Positions 30,458 through 37,771 are shown, numbered from the stretch's first letter. The stretch is DNA of 64,000 nucleotides from an uncultured virus (IMG/VR IMGVR_UViG_3300015373_000001) (IMGVR_UViG_3300015373_000001:1-64000); one strand, 5' to 3'. A program made the numbers and translations. The notes: generated from the letters alone by a model not told the origin.

Positions 30458-30530
30458 TGCGCCGTGAGAGATTCGAACTCCCAACCATCCGGGTAGAAAC
30501 CGGCCGCGCTATCCATTGCGCCAACGACGC
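30458..30530 (-). tRNA. tRNA-Arg(TCT)
   Basis: CCGG-TTTCTAC-CCGG. Confidence 0.88.
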
Positions 30531-30730
30531 GAACCTTTCACGATCCGAAACGATCGTTTCATTCCATCGCCACGCCCGGTCCTAGAACCGGGCAGAACGA
30601 CACTGGCACCAGCCGCCCGGTGGCCATGTCGCTGCACGCGAGGCAGATCTCCGCCGGGATCGTGTGGCGGCTTTCCCCGTCGGGCCGGTAGTCGATCGAC
30701 TCGTGCCAGCCCGACTCCGGGTCGTCCGGG

Positions 30731-31138
30731 TCATAGCCCATATTTCGCCTCATCCTTCACGTACACCATGTAGGCGATCACGCCCGCTTCGTAGGCGGCC
30801 CGCCGAGCGTCGGCGTCGGTGTCGTACTTGGTGCCGTCCAACGGGTGCCTGATGATGTCGCAGCCGCCTTCGGGCTTGTACTTGATCTGTCTGATACTCA
30901 GCTCGATCTTGCCGTCGTCGGCTGCGACCACGGACGGCGAGGACATCACCTTGCACAGTCGCGGGAACGACACTCCCCACTCGGCGTGAGTCACTATCGG
31001 CGGCCCGCCGTCGGCGTAGGTCGGGAAGCGGCCGTAGGGGGCTTCATTGAAGGTCCAGATGCGGTAGCGACCGTCGTGCCAGTCGTATTCCTGGCCCTGC
31101 ATCGGCGGGTAGTCGGTAACGTTCTGTGGCGTGTCCAT
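30731..31138 (-). CDS. Hypothetical protein
   Basis: Own promoter, GAGCGACC leader and GGAGG RBS. Confidence 0.65.
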   Translation of the reverse strand: MDTPQNVTDYPPMQGQEYDWHDGRYRIWTFNEAPYGRFPTYADGGPPIVTHAEWGVSFPRLCKVMSSPSVVAADDGKIELSIRQIKYKPEGGCDIIRHPLDGTKYDTDADARRAAYEAGVIAYMVYVKDEAKYGL

Positions 31139-31177
31139 GGGGTCCTCCGTGGGGGTTGGTCGCTCTCCAACACCCCA

Positions 31178-31207
31178 AAGATACATCCATTTAGCGTCTT
31201 AGGTCAA
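31178..31207 (-). promoter_or_regulatory. Promoter with CGCTAAATG spacer motif
   Basis: TTGACC-18nt-TATCTT. Confidence 0.7.
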
Positions 31208-31210
31208 GGG

Positions 31211-31301
31211 CGGAAAATGGAGGACTCGAACCCCAGGGCCGTTCACACCAGCCCTCATCCGGTTTAAATCGGCGGCCACCTCCTTGGTGGCGTCATTTTC
31301 C
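31211..31301 (-). tRNA. Sec-like 8/4 tRNA, ambiguous anticodon (TTA ochre or TAA Leu)
   Basis: GGAAAATG/CATTTTCC 8 bp, T stem 4 bp, D stem GCCACC/GGTGGC, long variable arm, G73, loop ATTTAAAC. Confidence 0.75.
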
Positions 31302-31327
31302 CCCACCGTGTTGAGGGGTGGGTCCAG

Positions 31328-31411
31328 CGGAAGGCGGAAGACTCGAACTTCGGCCGCCGCCGACGGCCACGCGGATTCCAGCCGCGTCCCGGCACCTGCC
31401 GGTCACCTTCC
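31328..31411 (-). tRNA. tRNA-Ser(GGA), 8/4 structure
   Basis: GGAAGGTG/CGCCTTCC, GAAG/CTTC T stem, ACGCGG-CTGGAAT-CCGCGT, long arm, G73. Confidence 0.85.
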
Positions 31412-31412
31412 A

Positions 31413-31488
31413 TGGTCCTCGGAGCAGGAGTCGAACCTGCCGTCGCCCGGTTATCAGCCGGGTGCCTTCACCGCTTGGCCACCCGAGG
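31413..31488 (-). tRNA. tRNA-Ile(GAT)
   Basis: CCCGG-CTGATAA-CCGGG; CCA encoded. Confidence 0.88.
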
Positions 31489-31492
31489 AAAG

Positions 31493-31577
31493 CGGAGAGG
31501 GAGGGTATCGAACCCCCGCCGGTGTGACCCGGGCAGCGGCGTAGCAAGCCGTCCCATTACCTCTCTGGCACCTCTCC
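31493..31577 (-). tRNA. tRNA-Ser(GCT)
   Basis: GGAGAGG/CCTCTCC, TTGCTAC loop, long arm. Confidence 0.87.
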
Positions 31578-31678
31578 ACGATACTTCCATCTAGCGCCTG
31601 CCGGTGCTACCTTGGAGTGGTACGCCCCTGGTCCGGCTCTGCACCGCATCCCGCCAGGGGCACGGCCATTTCTGGGAC

Positions 31679-31753
31679 TGGTGCCGACCCCGGGATTCGA
31701 ACCCGCCCTACCGCCTTGGCAAGGCGATGTGCGACCGCTGACACTTCACCCAC
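31679..31753 (-). tRNA. tRNA-Gly(GCC) with poorly paired acceptor stem (possible pseudo/chimera)
   Basis: TCGCC-TTGCCAA-GGCGG; GTGGGTG vs GGTCGGC pair poorly; A73-CCA. Confidence 0.65.
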
Positions 31754-31826
31754 AAGTTCCGTGACCGGTGGACCGACGACTCGGGTGTGGACGGGGCCGG
31801 GGCGACCATCCTCCGGTCACGGAAAG

Positions 31827-31896
31827 AGCCCAACCCCGGAGTCGAACCGGGCAGGCCGTTCGTACCAAGAACGGGTGCACACCAGGTGCGAAGGGC
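31827..31896 (-). tRNA. tRNA-Thr(GGT), atypical
   Basis: CGTTC-TTGGTAC-GAACG; compact D arm; tandem U.U in acceptor. Confidence 0.75.
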
Positions 31897-31945
31897 AAAC
31901 GGGTAGGGGTGTCCGGGCCGTGAACGCCCGGCCCGGACACCACCG

Positions 31946-32018
31946 CTCTGGGATCAGGAATCGAACCTGAGCAAACCGGAACCAAAATCCGGCCGCCGAG
32001 CCAGCACGGCATCCCAGA
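31946..32018 (-). tRNA. tRNA-Gln(TTG)
   Basis: U1-A72, G73, TTTTGGT loop. Confidence 0.85.
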
Positions 32019-32023
32019 ATGCG

Positions 32024-32094
32024 AGCCCAAGGGCGGAATCGAACCGCCTCGAACGCCTTACGGGGGCGCTGCTCTGCCAGTGAGCTACAAGGGC
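32024..32094 (-). tRNA. tRNA-Thr(CGT), C33
   Basis: GCGCC-CCCGTAA-GGCGT; tandem U.U in acceptor. Confidence 0.8.
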
Positions 32095-32109
32095 GTGACC
32101 CCGAAGGGC

Positions 32110-32787
32110 CTACATGTCCGGCCGGGGCTGAAACTCCGGCCTGGAGCTGATCTCCTCAACCCAGTCCGACAGGGAGATCTCTTCGCCGGAGCCACTATAG
32201 AAGGCGAGATCGTCCACCTTCGCATGCAGTTCCACGTCATGCGGCATTGGCAGGATGCCTTCTGCTTCGGCGGTGTCGCGGTGCTTAACGACCGCGAAGG
32301 CGAGGCGGAACAGGGTGTCCTGGTTCCGTTTGCGCTTGTCCGGATTAGGTTCTGCCGGATGCCTGCCGTTCAGCTTGTTCGGCCCGGAGGCTGCGCGGAT
32401 CCGTTTGATGTCGGAATGCCGCAAGCTGATGATCTGCTTGTCTTTGAGGATTTTCGTACGCCACAGGTCATATTCGCCCTTGGCGGCGAAATACTTGCGT
32501 TTCCCCTCTTCGCCCAGATTCCAGCACTGCTGATGGTAGGAGTCCATCTCTGCTCTCCGCGTCGCGATCTGGTCGTCCAGGGCACGCAGCAGACGAACCA
32601 GAGCCTGCTCGGTCCGTTCGATCAGCGACGGCCCGGAGAGCATCCCCCAAAGCTGTTGACGCTTTTCGGTCACCGAGACGTCGTCGTGGCGACGAGGGTC
32701 GGGATAGCCGATGTTTTGACGGATCAGCAGGTCGAAGCCTTCAGGCTCCAGCTCTTGAATGGCGGCAAGGCTCACGGGGATGGCCAT
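32110..32787 (-). CDS. Hypothetical protein
   Basis: 225 aa, lower GC, GAAGGAA RBS. Confidence 0.6.
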   Translation of the reverse strand: MAIPVSLAAIQELEPEGFDLLIRQNIGYPDPRRHDDVSVTEKRQQLWGMLSGPSLIERTEQALVRLLRALDDQIATRRAEMDSYHQQCWNLGEEGKRKYFAAKGEYDLWRTKILKDKQIISLRHSDIKRIRAASGPNKLNGRHPAEPNPDKRKRNQDTLFRLAFAVVKHRDTAEAEGILPMPHDVELHAKVDDLAFYSGSGEEISLSDWVEEISSRPEFQPRPDM

Positions 32788-32862
32788 GGGTGGCGTGTTC
32801 CTTCTTCCGGGGGTTGCCGTCCCGGCGCCGGACAAGACACCGGGACGATCCTGTGTGGTGCG

Positions 32863-32935
32863 TGCGCCCGCCGGGACTCGAACCCGGATCATCCGCATCC
32901 TTAGTGCGACGCCTCTGCCATTGGGCCACAAGCGC
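32863..32935 (-). tRNA. tRNA-Leu(AAG), short variable loop
   Basis: TCGCA-CTAAGGA-TGCGG, 5-nt variable ATGAT, A73. Confidence 0.82.
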
Positions 32936-32971
32936 TTCAGGACGGTTCTACAGGCCGCCACCGACAAAACG

Positions 32972-33040
32972 AGCCGCCCCCCGGAATCGAACCGGGCCTA
33001 CCCCCTTACAAGGGGGGCGTCGCATCCATGGCGCGGCGGC
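32972..33040 (-). tRNA. tRNA-Thr(TGT), atypical D arm
   Basis: CCCCC-CTTGTAA-GGGGG. Confidence 0.75.
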
Positions 33041-33050
33041 AGACGGAAGA

Positions 33051-33139
33051 GGGTGGCGACGGAAAGGATTCTGCAGCCAAACCGCCCAACCAGCCCGGCG
33101 GTCTCCTTCCCGTTCTTCTGTGGCTGTCCACGCCACCCC
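33051..33139 (-). ncRNA. Unidentified ~88-nt structured RNA, copy 1
   Basis: Nested stems; paralog at 33272-33357. Confidence 0.7.
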
Positions 33140-33143
33140 CGTG

Positions 33144-33263
33144 TGGACCCGGCGGGATTCGAACCCGCATCTCCGGCTCTCCCTATGACGCACACCGCCC
33201 CCGGACGGAGGTGGCCACCTCGTATCCGGATCGCGCGGTCACGCCCGATTGAGTTACGGGCCC
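33144..33263 (-). ncRNA. Ala-acceptor tRNA-like RNA with extended internal hairpin
   Basis: GGGCCCG/CGGGTCC (G3.U70), A73, perfect T arm, ~70-nt central region. Confidence 0.7.
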
Positions 33264-33271
33264 TGGCAGAT

Positions 33272-33357
33272 GATGGCGACGAGGGGGACAAAGCCTCCAA
33301 AGCGCCCAACCAGCCCGGCGCGCTCCCTCTCGTCCTTCTGCGGCTGTCCACGCCACC
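33272..33357 (-). ncRNA. Unidentified ~88-nt structured RNA, copy 2
   Basis: Shares GGTGGCGTGGACAGCC-CAGAAG...CGCCGGGCTGGTTGGGCG with copy 1. Confidence 0.7.
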
Positions 33358-33364
33358 ACCTGAG

Positions 33365-33447
33365 CTGTCGGGCGGAGAATCGAACTCCGGCCGCCCCTCG
33401 CGCGAGGAGAACGACCCTGCCACACGTCTCAACGACGCGACCCGACA
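33365..33447 (-). ncRNA. tRNA-like RNA without recognisable anticodon loop
   Basis: TGTCGGG/CCCGACA, T arm CGGAG-TTCGATT-CTCCG, D-like GCGTC/GACGT. Confidence 0.6.
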
Positions 33448-33631
33448 CCGTGACGGTTCCTCCGGATCACCTCGGGAGCAGCCGACAAGCCCGAGAGGGC
33501 GGGAGCGACCCTATTCGGTACCCTTCCGTCGCGAGCCGGTGCGGACTCGAACCGCCGTTGACCGTCACCGGCCGTCCCCACTCGCGACGCGGGGACGGTC
33601 GGCCGCCGGAGTCGAACCGGCATACCCAATG

Positions 33632-33701
33632 CTCCCGGACCAGGAATCGAACCTAGAGACACAGGGGCCAGAACCCTGCTGACGGCCACCGCCATCCGGG
33701 A
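33632..33701 (-). tRNA. tRNA-Gln(CTG)
   Basis: CAGGG-TTCTGGC-CCCTG; U1-A72, G73. Confidence 0.8.
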
Positions 33702-33763
33702 AGGAGCAGACCCGGTTGCAGCCGGGCCCGCCAATTATCCGCCTGCTCTACGGACGGGCAAAT

Positions 33764-34192
33764 CTACCAGGAGTCCCACACGCCGAAGTGGCGGTGGCGC
33801 GGGTCCGGGTATTCGACGTCCCAGGCGGCCTGTACGGCATCCTGGGCGCCTCGCAGCATCTTGCCGACCTCCCGGCCAACGGCCCGATCGGCAGCGCGCA
33901 GGGCGCGTTCCTGACGGTTGGAGATGCCGCCGATCACGTGCCCCAGGTTGAAGGTACGCGGGTAGGTGCCCGCCTCCAGGCGGCGGGTCACCCGGTCCGG
34001 GCGCGGACGGTGCCCGGCGCGCTCAGCCTGGGCCAGCGCGGCGGCGCTGTAGCGCAGCGCGGACCGGATCTCGTTGGCGGTGCTCGGGTAGGTGGCACGC
34101 CACCAGGCGAAGATGTAGAGGCGACCGTCGGCGTCGTAACGCCGGGTGCCAGTGCGGTGGTTGTAGGGGACGTGGTGAACAGTACGGGACAT
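33764..34192 (-). CDS. Hypothetical basic protein
   Basis: 142 aa, MSRT...RHRHFGVWDSW. Confidence 0.6.
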   Translation of the reverse strand: MSRTVHHVPYNHRTGTRRYDADGRLYIFAWWRATYPSTANEIRSALRYSAAALAQAERAGHRPRPDRVTRRLEAGTYPRTFNLGHVIGGISNRQERALRAADRAVGREVGKMLRGAQDAVQAAWDVEYPDPRHRHFGVWDSW

Positions 34193-34277
34193 TCGGACTC
34201 CGACGTGCGGGCCCGCCCCGGATGGGCAAGCCGTCTACGTCTCACCCGCCGTGAACATCACATTCGCCTCCTTCGCG

Positions 34278-34350
34278 TAGGGGTGGCCGGATTTGAACCG
34301 GCATCATCCGCATTTTGAATGCGGCGCCTCTGCCGTTGGACTACACCCCC
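34278..34350 (-). tRNA. tRNA-Leu(CAA), short variable loop
   Basis: CCGCA-TTCAAAA-TGCGG, variable ATGAT, A73. Confidence 0.82.
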
Positions 34351-34351
34351 G

Positions 34352-34423
34352 TGCGCCGTCAGGGACTCGAACCCTGCTCTCTCGATTAAGAGTCGAGTGC
34401 ATAACCATCCATGCTCACGGCGC
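34352..34423 (-). tRNA. tRNA-Lys(CTT)
   Basis: CTCGA-CTCTTAA-TCGAG. Confidence 0.87.
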
Positions 34424-34531
34424 TTTCCGTCCGGCCGGTTAGCGTCGGCCTGCCGGACGATCCCTGACCCGCCCGGGGGACGCCAATCCCGCCGGTGCAG
34501 TATCAGGGCACCCCACCCAAGTGGGGTGTAG

Positions 34532-34602
34532 AGCCGTACCGGAGAGTCGAACTCCGCTCCCCGCGTTGGAAGCGCGGGACATCGCCACAATGCTTGTACG
34601 GC
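34532..34602 (-). tRNA. tRNA-Gly(TCC)
   Basis: CCGCG-CTTCCAA-CGCGG; U73. Confidence 0.87.
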
Positions 34603-34603
34603 A

Positions 34604-34671
34604 TGGGGACCAGGCGGGGAATCGAACCCCGCTTTCCTAGGATTTCCGTGCCCTTTCCGGGGGCCTGGTCC
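34604..34671 (-). ncRNA. tRNA-like RNA with His-type G-1:C73-CCA end and no anticodon arm
   Basis: GGACCAGG/CCTGGTCC-CCA, T arm CGGGG-TTCGATT-CCCCG. Confidence 0.6.
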
Positions 34672-34837
34672 ACGGCGGGAAACGGCCCGGGTGCCCACGA
34701 GTGATCAGCTCGCAAACACTGACGGTATCCGTAGGGGTTTCCCCCTTTCCGATCCGGTTCATCCCGCGTGCTCGACGACGCTCCGGATCCCCCTTCGCTG
34801 GCAACCCAGCTACTAAGTTCACCTGCACCGTCGTGCG

Positions 34838-34909
34838 TGGCTCCCCAGAGAGTCGAACTCTGTCCTCTGGATCTTCAGTCCGGCGCTCATCCCCATGAGC
34901 TTGAGAGCC
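34838..34909 (-). tRNA. tRNA-Phe(GAA)
   Basis: CTGAAGA loop; cloverleaf. Confidence 0.85.
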
Positions 34910-35123
34910 TTTCGATCTCACCCGGCCGCAGAAGCTAGTGGTCGGGTGTCTTGTTCTCGTCGTCTATGACGCGTGTGGCCGCTGCCGCTGTGGCATCCTT
35001 CTTGGCCGCTATCCGCTTATTGATCTCTCTTATGTCTGCCTCGATCTCACGCAGTTCGCGTGCCTTTCGTCCGAACATGTCGCCTCCTGGCTAGGGGGGT
35101 GTCAACCTGGCGGGGAATTTTCG

Positions 35124-35342
35124 TTACGGTGCCTGGTCGAAGTATCGGCGGCCACGTTCGAACGCCGTCGTCCGATGTACGCCGTGCACGCCCTCCGTTG
35201 CCGCCAGGACGCGTCCCAGCGCCGTCTTGTAGGCGCTACGGGCGGTCGCCGCTCCAGGGAGTGGCCCGTCCGCGTTGTTGACTCTGGCGTCTTCACGGGC
35301 GATGTCAGCCAGCAGGTCTTCAACAAGCTTCTGTATGTCCAT
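35124..35342 (-). CDS. Small hypothetical protein
   Basis: AGGAG RBS and GAGCGACC leader. Confidence 0.6.
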   Translation of the reverse strand: MDIQKLVEDLLADIAREDARVNNADGPLPGAATARSAYKTALGRVLAATEGVHGVHRTTAFERGRRYFDQAP

Positions 35343-35472
35343 GGTTCTCCTGTCGGGTCGCTCTCCCGTTGGGTGGTGGGCTGCTGTACAGCGCCGCCCA
35401 CCAGGCGCTCCCCCGCACGGCCGTGCGGGGGCCGGTCACCCATACTCGATGACTTTCAGGTGATTCCGGACG

Positions 35473-35544
35473 TACCCGCGACAGGATTCGAACCTGCATC
35501 CTCGACGTTCGTAGCGTCGCGCTCATCCATTGAGCTACACGGGC
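35473..35544 (-). tRNA. tRNA-Arg(ACG)
   Basis: CGACG-CTACGAA-CGTCG. Confidence 0.9.
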
Positions 35545-35918
35545 ATGATGCACGACAGGGCCAGGGACTTCCGTCGCAATGCGTGTTACCGCTCTTCCAG
35601 CCCTGCCGTGCACGATCTCCTGGCCGACCACGCGGGCGTCTCACCCCGCGACCGGACCCCCACCTAACCGGCCAGGTCGTTCTCACCGCCCAGTGCGGCG
35701 CATTCCGTGCACGGGCGCGTCCTCAGCGGACCAGGCCGCCAGAACAGGATCAGCGCCCCGAACGGCGGAATGATCGCCGCTATGGACGGGTTGCAGAACT
35801 CGTCCTCACCCTTGAAAATCGTTGGCTTCCACCAGCAGGTGAGCGTGGTGGGCGACCACCACATCAGGCGGCCGATGTTGAACTGCTTCACACTCGCCTT
35901 TCGGATCAGCCGGGAAGG

Positions 35919-36092
35919 TCACTTCTTGTTGTTGATCTTTGCGCTACGGGCGACCGTCCTGGCCCGCTCGTAATGCGCATCCGACTCCGCCTTGTCGCCG
36001 TCCAGCTCCGCGATGAAACCCTTCGCGGCATGCTTGGCGACCTGGTCAAGCTGCTTGTCGGTCAACTTCCCATACTCCGCATTGCCCGCCAT
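35919..36092 (-). CDS. Small helical hypothetical protein
   Basis: AGGAGG RBS. Confidence 0.6.
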   Translation of the reverse strand: MAGNAEYGKLTDKQLDQVAKHAAKGFIAELDGDKAESDAHYERARTVARSAKINNKK

Positions 36093-36260
36093 GGGCGCCT
36101 CCTGTGAGACTCCCGAGTCGCTCAACCGGGAGAAGGTGCGGGTGCCGCTTCACTACGGCCTAGGCCACGACCGACCGGCTTTCTCCGCAACGCGTACGCT
36201 TCGCCGACCAGCCTCCCAAGGGCCAGAGCCCGGGGTAAGGGTTCCCGGGCGCTCCCGCCG

Positions 36261-36415
36261 TCCCTGGTGCTGGATTCGAACCAGCAACTTCCGCCCCCGT
36301 ATTCGGGATTACCCGGCCAGGTCCCCGCCCTGCCCGACTAGTACGGGCTGAACGGTTTACCCCTGACAAACGGGCCCCGGCGGGACGATGCCTCTACCAA
36401 TTGGGCTACCCAGGG
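36261..36415 (-). ncRNA. tRNA body with ~80-nt structured insert at the anticodon loop
   Basis: CCCTGG/CCAGGG acceptor, D arm GCCC-AATTGGTA-GAGGC, T arm GCTGG-TTCGAAT-CCAGC. Confidence 0.75.
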
Positions 36416-36448
36416 CTGGAGTGAGGCGTGATGTGCCTCACTCTCGCG

Positions 36449-36524
36449 TACCCGCAGCAGGATTCGAACCTGCACCATGCCCCACTCCGGAGGTGGGTGC
36501 CCTGTCCAGTTGGGCGATACGGGC
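36449..36524 (-). tRNA. tRNA-Arg(CCG)
   Basis: CCCAC-CTCCGGA-GTGGG. Confidence 0.87.
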
Positions 36525-36585
36525 GTGCGTCAGATCGTGGACGCCTGTCGAGGGTCGAACCGGCTCACGATCTGACTTGCGACGT
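36525..36585 (-). ncRNA. Short copy of T-loop-containing stem RNA
   Basis: GTCAGATCGTG/CACGATCTGAC 11-bp stem. Confidence 0.6.
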
Positions 36586-36785
36586 CACGTGTCGTCGCCG
36601 TCCGAAGCGTACGGGTTCACCTGGTAGAGCTGCTCCCGAAGCTTGTCGTAGTCGAGAACGAGGGCCTCAGTTCGACCGTCACTGGGGATTCGCATGAGGA
36701 CGGCATGCCCGTCCTCATCCCACCCCAACTCGTAGGGGTTGCCGACTTTGTCATGACACGTTTTCCACGATCCACTGAACTTCAT
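36585..36785 (-). CDS. Small hypothetical protein
   Basis: AAGGAGG RBS. Confidence 0.6.
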   Translation of the reverse strand: MKFSGSWKTCHDKVGNPYELGWDEDGHAVLMRIPSDGRTEALVLDYDKLREQLYQVNPYASDGDDT

Positions 36786-36809
36786 GCTGTCCCTCCTTTC
36801 TCTGTGACG

Positions 36810-36885
36810 TACCGCTGGCCGGAATTGAACCGGCGACCTTCAGATTGAGAATCTGACGACCCGAACCAGCAGAGTCTTCAGCGGC
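36810..36885 (-). tRNA. tRNA-Glu(CTC)
   Basis: TCAGA-TTCTCAA-TCTGA. Confidence 0.85.
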
Positions 36886-36995
36886 CTTGTGACATCCGGA
36901 CTCGAACGAGCCGGTACGTATGCCCACCGTACGAATTACCGCGCGGACCTTCGTACAGTGCGGTACCGCTGGGGAGTGCCACGCCCCCCGGGCCG

Positions 36996-37068
36996 TGCTC
37001 GCAGCAGGATTCGAACCTGCGGTCTCCTCCTCCGGAGGGAGGCGCCTTGTCCTCTGGGCCATACGAGC
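36996..37068 (-). tRNA. tRNA-Arg(CCG)
   Basis: CCTCC-CTCCGGA-GGAGG. Confidence 0.87.
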
Positions 37069-37185
37069 GTGCGTTAGATCATGGGCGCCTGCCGGGGAGT
37101 CGAACCCCTCTACGACTTGGATGCGCATCCGCTGCCGCTTCGCCGGACCTGGAGTCGAACCGGATCATGATCTAACTTGCGACGT
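37069..37185 (-). ncRNA. Double T-loop structured RNA
   Basis: GTTAGATCATG/CATGATCTAAC stem enclosing two GG-TTCGACT-CC hairpins. Confidence 0.65.
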
Positions 37186-37200
37186 TGTACACCGTCGCCG

Positions 37201-37275
37201 TGCCGCTGACCGGAATCGAACCGGCGACCTCCAGGGTGAAAGCCTGGCAACCCAACCAGCAGGGTCTTCAGCGGC
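37201..37275 (-). tRNA. tRNA-Glu(TTC)
   Basis: CCAGG-CTTTCAC-CCTGG. Confidence 0.85.
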
Positions 37276-37700
37276 ATTGCCCGATTGCGGCTCGGGGCGG
37301 CCGTCGGACAACGTCAACTCTTCCCCTTGGAAGCACGGGCCGCGAGGCGCCTTTCGTAGTTCTGTTTGGCCCTAGCGTTCGACTCCCTAAGGTCCTTCCT
37401 CATCTGAGCTACGCCCTCGATCAGCACGACGACGGCGTCACCAACTGTCAACTTTCTGCGCAATATGATCACCTCCTCCTGGTCATATTCACGATCGGCC
37501 CTCGGTCCCACCCCTGCGCGGCGCGTGTACACCACGCCGCACAGGCTCCCGAGGTCTCTCCGCCCCGTCCGCCGATCGCTAAGCCGCCTTCTGTCCGAGG
37601 GTGACGGCCCCCATACCCATGGGTGGACACTGTGCTGAGAGGGCCGCAGGTCCCCGCGTACGGCGTACCTGCGCTGCCAGGCCAAAGGACCCTCTCACCG

Positions 37701-37771
37701 CGCCTGCGACGGGATTTGAACCCGCGCCCCCCACGCTGACAACGTGGTGCTCTGCCTTGAGCTACACAGGC
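37701..37771 (-). tRNA. tRNA-Asp(GTC)
   Basis: CCACG-TTGTCAG-CGTGG; G73. Confidence 0.9.

Noticed and set aside
31211..31301. Selenocysteine tRNA or genome-wide stop recoding
   Set aside because: No TCA anticodon, no sel genes, and conserved genes (dnaN, TROVE) end properly at TAA
33144..33263. True tmRNA (ssrA)
   Set aside because: 120 nt leaves no tag reading frame or pseudoknot domain
33051..33357. CRISPR array
   Set aside because: Only two diverged ~88-nt copies, no regular repeat-spacer period and no cas genes
32759..33682. ORFs spanning tRNA genes (also 34938-36107, 26738-27433)
   Set aside because: Overlap tRNAs or structured RNAs; Arg/Pro-rich spurious composition
36261..36415. 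Group I intron in tRNA-Leu
   Set aside because: Insert of about 80 nt is too short and shows no recognisable core
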